From assembly GCA_951406725.2 (NCBI GenBank), contig OX597840.1, positions 30,070,001 to 30,134,000 on the forward strand: DNA of 64,000 nt, in the 5' to 3' direction. The notes beneath the pieces were generated by a model, which saw only the letters and a list, made by a program, of their open reading frames with translations, was not told the DNA's origin and searched no databases. A program made the translations under genes and the position numbers. Every line of letters begins with the position of its first letter. The stretch's first letter is position 1. Shown here piece by piece: positions 55,082 to 64,000 of the stretch. The stretch comes from Octopus vulgaris (taxonomy: Eukaryota).

Positions 55082-55706
55082 GGCCATAATCCATGGCCCC
55101 TACCTGGGACGTAGTCAGTCCACCTGTGCATACCTTCCTTCTTGGAACACATAACTCTACTTGTGAAGACCTGTTGAGGCAAGTGAAAATCAAAAAATCA
55201 AATCAAATCAAAATCGATGAACATCAATGGAATTTGTATTTTTGTGGTACCAGTGCCGGTGGCACATAAGAATACCATCCGAACGTGGCCGTAGCCAGTA
55301 CCGCATTGACTGGCCTCCGTGCTGGTGGCACGTAACAAACACCATCCGATTGTGGTCGTTCACCAGCCTCGCCTGGCCTCTGTGCCGGTGGCACGTAAAA
55401 AACACCATCTGAGCATGGCCGTTCGCCAGCCTCGTCTGGCACCTGTGTCCGTGGCACATAAAAAAAACACCATCCGAGTGTGGACGTTCGCCAGCCTCGT
55501 CTGGCACTTGTGTCGGTGGCACATAAAAATCACCCACTACACTCACGGAGTGGTTGGCGTTAGGAAGGGCATCCAGCTGTAGAAACACTGCCAGATCTGA
55601 CTGGTGCAGCTTTCGGGCTTCCCAGACCCCAGTTGAACCGTCCAACCCATGCTAGCATGGAAAGCGGACGTTAAACGATGATGATGATGATGATGATGAT
55701 GATGAT
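55082..55706 (+). mobile_element. RTE LINE 3' UTR with 63-bp-type units, terminal stem-loop and (GAT)n tail
   Basis: Directly follows the ORF stop; palindrome ccatgctagcatgg enclosed by cgtcc/ggacg. Confidence 0.88.
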
Positions 55707-55854
55707 ATAGATAGATAGATATATGTGTATGTATGTATGATATATATATATGTATTTATGATATATATATATATATGTATATATATTTAATCAATTTTAT
55801 ACCTATATATCTGAGTGTATATATGTATGCAAGTATATAATTATCTCTCCCTCT

Positions 55855-56220
<366 letters not shown>

Positions 56221-57388
56221 CAATTGTATTGTTTATAAGACAAACAAAAGTTTGATAAACTATGGGAGAAAATCGAAACCATAATCTGTGCTAGACGATG
56301 TGTATTTGTAAGGGAATTGAAAAAAGTATGGAATGACATTGAAATCACGATCTCATATATGTGAGCTAATACTTAAACAAGCGAATGAGGAACGAAGGAA
56401 AGTAATTGTCGTACCTGCAAAACAATCTGAATGCTTGACACCAGAGTCAAAACTGGTGGACAGGTTTATACTAAATCCCAGAATAAGGAATTTGAAATAT
56501 TGGCACATTTTGCGACAACAAGCACCATACGTCATTGGAAATTAAAGAGTCGTTAACACTTTCTATTTTTACTTCATTACAATTACCGAAATTATATGAG
56601 CGATATATCATTTTGTAATTATTCTCTCTACCTTTCTCCTCTTCCCCACCCTCTTCTCTCTCTTCATAACCATTCCGGAATATTCTGCTCATTAGTGTAA
56701 CAATAATACAATAAACCAAAAAGGAAATAGAAACTACAAAATTAACGTAAATAAATAATAAAAAAAATATATATCAAACAATAGATGAAGCAATTATTCA
56801 CGATATGTCAGAGTAAAAGACTTCAAGAAACAGCAGCAGCAGCAGTCGGAAATTCTATTTTCTCTATTGCATTATCGGTTCTTCCTTCTTTAACTCAAAA
56901 ATCTATTGATTTCTTTAACTTGTAATTCAACGTTTGGTAATATCAGCGCTTGTTGTTCTCAACAAGAATCTTTAAAAGTTCTCCTGTTAAACATTTCGCT
57001 TTGAATAAACTACGAAAAAACACCACCAGATAAAAATGATACAATCATCTTTTCTCTTTTTTTTGTAGCCATGACTTGACAAAGAGTTAGGTTAGAGTTG
57101 ATCTTCCCATTGTTTGCAGAATAAAACTGGTCAACCTATCTAGAAACACCTCCAGATAAAAATGATACATTCCACCGTTTTTCTAACAATGAATTGACAA
57201 AGGGTCAAGTGGAGCTGACCTTTATATTGTTTAAAGAAGACCAGTCTATCTCCCAAATGTACAAACAAAGGTTTGATCAGCTTGGAGCTATAGTCGGAGA
57301 CACTGGCCCAAAGTGCCATACAAGGGTTGGGTGGTAAAATTCTTAATCTCACGGCTATATTTAGGTATGTATGTGTGAATGTCTATAC

Positions 57389-57620
57389 CTATTTCTTTAC
57401 TACCCACAAGAGGCTAAACACAGAGGGAACAAACAAGGACAGACATAGGTTTTAAGTCGATTACATCGACCCCAGTTCGTAACTGGTACTTATTTAATCG
57501 ACCCCGAAAGGATGAAAGGCAAAGTCGACCTCGGCGGAATTTGAACTCACAATGTAAGGCAGACGAAATACCGCTAAGCATTTCGCCCGGCGTGCTAACG
57601 TTTCTGCCAGCTCACCGCCT
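57389..57620 (-). mobile_element. SINE family B, full length, 13-bp TSD
   Basis: tgaatgtctatac at 57376-57388 and 57621-57633. Confidence 0.9.
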
Positions 57621-57633
57621 TGAATGTCTATAC

Positions 57634-57852
57634 CAGTGGTTTTCAACCAGGGTTCCGCAGAACCTTAGGGTTCCGCCAGTACGGTCCAGGGGTTCCGCAA
57701 GAAGTTACAAAACTGCTAAAATCGGCAGTAATTTTTAATTCTCCTGTGCAGATATGTGTGCATAAGACTATTAAATTATTGCACAGGGGTTCCTCGAGCC
57801 AGTGGAATGTTTCCTTGGGGTTCCGCTCCAGAAAAAAGTTTGAAAAGTACTG
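57634..57852. mobile_element. hAT-type MITE (219 bp)
   Basis: TIRs cagtggttttcaa / ttgaaaagtactg; 8-bp TSD gtctatac; repeated internal gggttccgc motifs. Confidence 0.85.
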
Positions 57853-57875
57853 GTCTATACATATGCGTGTATAAG

Positions 57876-58105
57876 TCGGTGAGCTGGTAGAAACGTTAGC
57901 ACACTGGACGAAATGCGTAACCGTATTTCGTCTGCTGTTACGTTCTGAGTTCAAATTCCGCCAAGGTCGACTTTGCCTTTCATCCTTTCAGGGTCGATAA
58001 ATTAAATACCAGTTACACACTGGGGTCGATGTAGTCGACTTAATACGTTTGTCTGTCCTTGTCTGTCCTCTCTTTGTTTAGCCCCTTGTGGGTAGTAAAG
58101 AAATA
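57876..58105 (+). mobile_element. SINE family B, full length
   Basis: Family B head to gtagtaaagaaata. Confidence 0.9.
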
Positions 58106-58115
58106 TATACATATG

Positions 58116-58156
<41 letters not shown>

Positions 58157-58221
58157 ATATACAGCATACACACACACACTCACACATAAACAGATAGATG
58201 GGTAGATAGCTAGAGATATAC

Positions 58222-58608
58222 TCTCTTTACTCTTTTACTTGTTTCAGTCATTTGACTGCAGCCATGCTGGAGCACCGCCTTTAACCCCCAGGACTTATTC
58301 TTTGTAAGCCTAGTACTTATTCTATCGGTCTGTTTTTGCTGAACCACTAAGTTATGGAGGCACAAACTCACCAGCATCGGTTGTCAAGCGATCTTGGGGG
58401 GACAAACACAGACACACAAACACACATATATATATACATATATGTGACAGGCTTCTTTCAGTTTCCGTCTACCAAATCCACTCACAAGGCTTTGTTCGGC
58501 CCGAGGGTATAGTAGAAGACACTTGCCCAAGGTGTCATGCAGTGGGACTGAATCTAGAACCATGTGGTTGGTAAGCAAGCTACTTACCACACAGCCACTC
58601 CTACGCCT
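58222..58608 (-). mobile_element. SINE family A, full length
   Basis: Family A motifs. Confidence 0.9.
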
Positions 58609-58645
58609 ATTATTAAATTTCTTTAGTTCGTTATGATATGTGGTT

Positions 58646-58698
58646 TGCCCCTGAAGAATATGTTTGAGACTTCTTAGTATATGAAACTATTAGTAGCA
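58646..58698 (+). ncRNA. Hammerhead-like motif
   Basis: tgccc CTGAAGA atatg...tatat GAAA ctattag TA gca; stem I register imperfect. Confidence 0.45.
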
Positions 58699-58730
58699 CA
58701 TAAAGACATGTGTTGTGATCTTTAAATAAT

Positions 58731-59080
<350 letters not shown>

Positions 59081-60072
59081 TAGTTAATCCAAACATGAAC
59101 AAGCAAGAAAAAACAACAACACGAGGACGTGGAATAAGTACAGTGTTATTGGACGCTCGGGAAAGGAAAGAAAAGCACACATACACACATGCATACATAT
59201 ATACATACATACGTGAGTGTGTGTGTGTGTGTGTGTGTGTATGTAGCTTGGCAACCAGTGTCAGTTTGTTTACATTCCTACAACCTAAGAATCTGGAAAA
59301 AGAAATGGATAGAATAAATAAATACCAGACTTTAAAAAAAAAAGATAAGCACTGGGATTGATTTGTTCAACTAAAACCCCTCAAAGCAGTGCTCCCAGCA
59401 TGGCTGCCATCCAATGATTGAAGCAAGTAAAAGATGCAGAAAAAATATGGTTGCAATTATTGACTTTCACTTTATCTTAAGGCAATTTTTTACAAAGCAG
59501 ATGCACATGCTTTTAACATATTCCAATATATATTGAACCAAGAAAACACTTGTAACCTAGAGTCATCTAAAGGTTATCAAGGTTATAAATTGTTTTCATT
59601 AGAGACAGAAATGATATTCCAGCAGCCACAGAGGTTTTGGTGTCTGGTGCTTGCAACTGATGGAAGTTTACAGTTCCATTAGTCTTTTAACAACTGTTAC
59701 AGATATGGCTGTGTGGTTAAGAACTTACACTTCCCAGGCACATGGTGTTTCAGTTCAATCCCAGTGTATGGTACCTTGTGCAAGTGTCTTTTAGCTTAGC
59801 CCTGGGCAAACCCAAAACCTTGTGTGTGGATTTATTAGATGAATGCCAAAAGAAGCCCATCGTATATATATACATATATATATACAATAACACTAAAAGG
59901 GTAACATTAATTAATTAATTCATTAATTAATAATTAATAATTTTACCAAGTAGTTCGGTACATTAAAATAACCTTTTTAGGTAAAATCATACAAATATTC
60001 TATAATTCTAAATTTGGTGTGTGGCGACACAATTAGCTGACCCCTGATTATAATTATGCTTATAATTATAGA

Positions 60073-60112
<40 letters not shown>

Positions 60113-60173
60113 ACATATATATATATATATCATAAATCTTTGAGCGAGGTATAAACAGTAGCTGCATGACAAT

Positions 60174-60458
60174 GTGAAGTATATTTACCACTTAAATGTG
60201 GCTAACCCTTAAGGGTGGATGCTACTGTAGTCTGTAGCCCCAGGTGGACACCTCCTCCAGCTGGCTATTGACACACTTTCTGTGCCCTATCAGTATTTGC
60301 AAAGGGAAGATGGGAAGGATGGCTTCCCTTTGCAAATACCTAAAGGGCACAGAAAGTGTGTCTAAAGCCAGCTGGAGGAGGTGTCCTCCTGGGGCTACAA
60401 GCTACAGTAGCATCCACCCATAAGGGTTAGCCACATTTAAGTGGTAAATATACTTCAC
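60174..60458. mobile_element. (TA)n-associated foldback, about 136-bp arms, 13-nt loop
   Basis: gtgaagtatatttaccac...gggaag / cttccc...gtggtaaatatacttcac; distant relatives near 34080-34210 and 49945-50080. Confidence 0.85.
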
Positions 60459-60916
60459 GATATATATATACTAATATATTTACACACACACACACACCCA
60501 CACCCACACCCGCGCATATATACAAGTGCATATATTTTATGACATGGATTTGTTGATGAGTATATATATGTGTGTGTGTGTATCAGAAGTCATATGAAAT
60601 TTCAATAAAATTTCTCCCTTCACACTCTAAGCATCAAAGAAACCATGGCCTTGAAATTGAGTGGAGTTTTCTGCATGGCACCCAAACCCCAACGTGCTAC
60701 ATTTTGGTATCATACCAGGTGATAGATTAAGTTCGGTTAAAACAGAATCCTGTGTGGTATTGTGTGCCAACTCCAGCTGAATTCACTTCAGTTCACCTCT
60801 CACTTCTGTCTGTGGTTGTCATTGTTAGAACTAGAGGTAACTCTTGTTATCTATGATAAATATCTTTTTATGGATTCTATAATGTATAAGATTTTATTTA
60901 AATATCATAAATATAT

Positions 60917-61318
60917 AGGCTTAGGCGTGGCTGTGTGGTAAGTAGCTTTCTCACCAACTACATGGTTCCGGGTTCAGTCCCACTGCATGGCACCTTGGGC
61001 AAGTATCTTCTACTATAGCCTCAGGCTGACCAAAGCCTTGTGAGTGGATTTGGTAGACAGGCACTGAAAAGAAGCCCGTCATATATATGTATAGATATAT
61101 ATGTATGTGTGTGTATATGTTTGTGTGTCTATGTTTGTCCCCCCCAACATCACTTGACAACTGATGCTGGTGTGTTTAGGTCCTCGTACCTTAGCGGTTC
61201 GGCAAAATGAGACTGATAGAATAAGTACTGGGCTTACAAAGAAAAAGTCCTGGGGTTGATTTGCTCGACTAAAGGCAAATGACTGAAACAAGTAAAAGAG
61301 TAAAAGAATAAAAAGAGT
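60917..61318 (+). mobile_element. SINE family A
   Basis: Family A motifs. Confidence 0.88.
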
Positions 61319-61329
61319 ATATAGTTGGC

Positions 61330-61853
61330 TCAATTGTGTACCGAATTGAACCAGCCAGGATCCCTGGTCTGATGGTACGTAAAAAGCACTATCCGACTCG
61401 TGGCCGTGGCACGTAAAATACTCCAATGCGACCGTACGACAGGCACCCTTGCCAGCCCCCTTTGCTTGTGAAGACATGTTGGGGCAAGCGAAATCGAAAT
61501 CGAATTGAACCAGCCAGGATCCCTGGTCTGGTGGTACGTAAAAAGTACTATCCGACTCGTGGCCGATGCCAGCACCGCCTCGACTGGCTTCCGTGCCGGT
61601 GGCACATAAAATACACCAATCTGACCGTGGCCGTTGCCAGCCCCGCCTGGCACCTGTGCAGGTGGCACGTAAAAAGCACCCACTACACTCACGGAGTGGT
61701 TGGCGTTAGGAAGGGCATCCAGCTGTAGAAACATTGCCAAATTTAGACTGGAGCCTGGTGCAGCCTTCTGGCTTCCCAGAACCCCGGTCGAACCGTCCAA
61801 CCCATGCTAGCATGGAGAACGGACGTTTAACGATGATGATTATGATGATGATA
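61330..61853 (+). mobile_element. RTE LINE 3' UTR copy
   Basis: Same subfamily as 11508-11910; (GAT)n tail. Confidence 0.88.
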
Positions 61854-62480
61854 TATTGTGTATAAATATATAAATTATATTCTTGTTTTGTTAGTGTTAC
61901 TTGTTAATATTATAATTGTTTTCCATTGTATTAGTAATTAAATATTAATATGTATTACTATATTTGTTTTATTTAGTTTTTGTTGTTAAAATAAATTGTC
62001 AATCCTAATGTGTTTATACACATGTTAATTTAAAATAATAGATATTTAGGATTGATTTGCTCTGTTATTTCTATAAACTGACAAGGCAAGCTCAATTAAA
62101 CCCTAGGCAATGGAATAAGTGCTACTGATGTGGATTAACTCAATGCGGATCATTGGTGATCTGACACTCCTCATAAGGAGGTTGGTCTCCTTTGTCACTC
62201 AAGTAATAAGTGCTTTGCCCATGGCTAAGAGTTGTTTTGACTCTTATTTCTAGCAATGCTGGTGTTGATTTGCACCCTTTATTCCTTTGGTGACAATTGA
62301 GTATATATATTTTACATTTTATATTTTATCCAGTTTCAGCTCACGAGCTGTGGCCATGCTGGGGCACCGCCACTACATACATACATACATACACATATAT
62401 AAATATATATACACACACACACACATTTATGTGCTTAAATACACCTATAAATATGTGTGTGGGTGGGTGTGTACACACAC

Positions 62481-62530
<50 letters not shown>

Positions 62531-62538
62531 TTATATAT

Positions 62539-62853
62539 GTGGAGGCACAATCGCCCAGCGGTTAGGTCAGCGGACTCGCGGTCGTAGGATCGCAGTTTCG
62601 ATTCCCAGACCGGGCATTGTGAATGTTTATGGAGCGCAAACACCTAAAAGCTCCACGAGGCTCCGGCAGGGGGTGGTGATCCCTGTTGTACTCTTTCACC
62701 ACTCTTTCTCCCACCCTTTCTTCTGTTGGCCTGCTCGCTTAGCCAGCGGGGTGGCGTCATTCGAAGGCTAAAACAATGCGAACGCATTGTTACCAGCGAT
62801 GTGTAACTACATCTGATAGACTGGTCAGTCACGTGATCACGTGATCACGTGAT
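62539..62853 (+). mobile_element. SINE family C head with an alternative 3' half
   Basis: Family C head to ctctttcaccac, then an unrelated tail ending (cacgtgat)x3. Confidence 0.8.
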
Positions 62854-62956
62854 ATTTATATGTATGATGATAATTATATTCATACATACATATATGTATG
62901 TGTATGTATATATATATATAAGTGGAGCTAAATGTAGGTGTTATTCAAATTCATTT

Positions 62957-63045
62957 ACTTCTGACACATGTTTTGAAGTTATCACTGATATTATTCCAAA
63001 GGAATAAAATGGTGTAAAACAATGTAATCTTCTTTTCAGGGAAGT
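62957..63045 (-). ncRNA. Degenerate hammerhead motif
   Basis: Minus strand acttcc CTGAAaA gaagattacattg...cagtgataacttc aAAA catgtg TC agaagt. Confidence 0.5.
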
Positions 63046-63664
63046 GAAGAAATGAAACTCGTCAATAAGACATTTTAACGGAAAATGATGGATATGTATA
63101 GTGATTAACTGAACACTATTAATGCTGCTTCAAGAAAACTTTATAGGATATAACGTCAGAGGTAGCCTATGGAAAGAGGAGGGATAAAGTAAAGAAAAAC
63201 TAAATAAATGGGAAGTATATGACTATACGTATATTAAATAAAACCTTATATACTAGGAAAATAAATATGTTTAGTGATTGTGAAATATAAAAGGAAAATT
63301 AATGTTTAAATTATATATAAGGATAGAAATCACTTATATGAATGAAAGGTGTATTTTTGCTAATGTTTACATCGGTATGCATGCTCTGTAACCGTGTTTA
63401 CTAGGGGATTTTTAGAAAAAAGAATGAAAAATAGTTTAGAATTGTTAACAAGGGAAAAATACACACATCTATTTATATGTATATAGGGAGAGTTTACAAA
63501 AAAAAAAACAAAAGACGAAGACAGGTGGTGTAGAAAACAAACAGATGTATTAGTATAACGCTCAGGAATATAAAGAAGTCTTTTATGTTTTGAGCCTTCA
63601 GATTATCATTAATGTCTTTCATCGATGGTGAAAGTAGCTAATGTTTGTTTTGTATCCTCCTTGT

Positions 63665-63848
63665 CATCATCATCATCATCATTGTTTAACGTCCGTTTTC
63701 CGCGCTAGCACGGGTTGGACGGTTCGATCGGGGTCTGGGGAGCCAGGGGCTGCTCCAGGCTCCAGTCTGATCTGGCAGTGTTTCTACAGCTGGATGCCCT
63801 TCCTAACGCCAACCACTCCGCAAGTGTAGTGGGTGCTTTTTACGTGCC
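63665..63848 (-). mobile_element. RTE LINE 3'-end copy
   Basis: Homologous to 55520-55706. Confidence 0.85.
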
Positions 63849-63849
63849 C

Positions 63850-64000
63850 ATGATTATTATTGTCATCATCATCATCATCATCATCAACATCATCATCACC
63901 ATCATCATCATCATCATCATCATCACCACCACCATCATCATCATCACCATCACCATCATCATCATTGTCGTCGTCGTCATCATCATTACCATCATTGTTA
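63850..64000. repeat. (CAT)n tract
   Basis: Direct reading. Confidence 0.9.

Noticed and set aside
56333-56719. Short ORFs and a possible minus-strand splice signal (ttttgcag/gtacga)
   Set aside because: No recognisable protein; a single ambiguous splice-like site is insufficient

Overview
AT-rich, microsatellite-saturated animal DNA; the SINE/LINE content and microsatellite density suggest a cephalopod such as Octopus (inference). No host protein-coding gene is supported. Almost all ORFs in the track are translations of (TA)n, (CAT)n, (TAA)n, (CT)n or SINE sequence. The real coding remnants are retrotransposon-derived: a 5'-truncated RTE-clade LINE (RT plus an inserted Cys/His finger, 53491-55706), a second RTE C-terminus, three R4/Dong-type fragments and an L1/Tx1-like 3' end. 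The window also holds dozens of tRNA-derived SINEs (four families, here A, B, C, G), many RTE 3'-UTR copies with a 63-bp expandable unit, non-autonomous Helitrons, a hAT MITE and piggyBac MITEs. The most striking signal is a set of short non-coding inserts, mostly in or beside (TA)n tracts, from several unrelated sequence families. They carry minimal type I hammerhead ribozyme folds (stem I-CUGANGA-stem II-GAAA-short palindromic stem III-NUH), and many are long foldbacks, one with a hammerhead on each strand. This resembles the pseudo-LTRs of Penelope-like elements but includes recurrent core variants. Coordinates were read by eye and may be off by a few bases.
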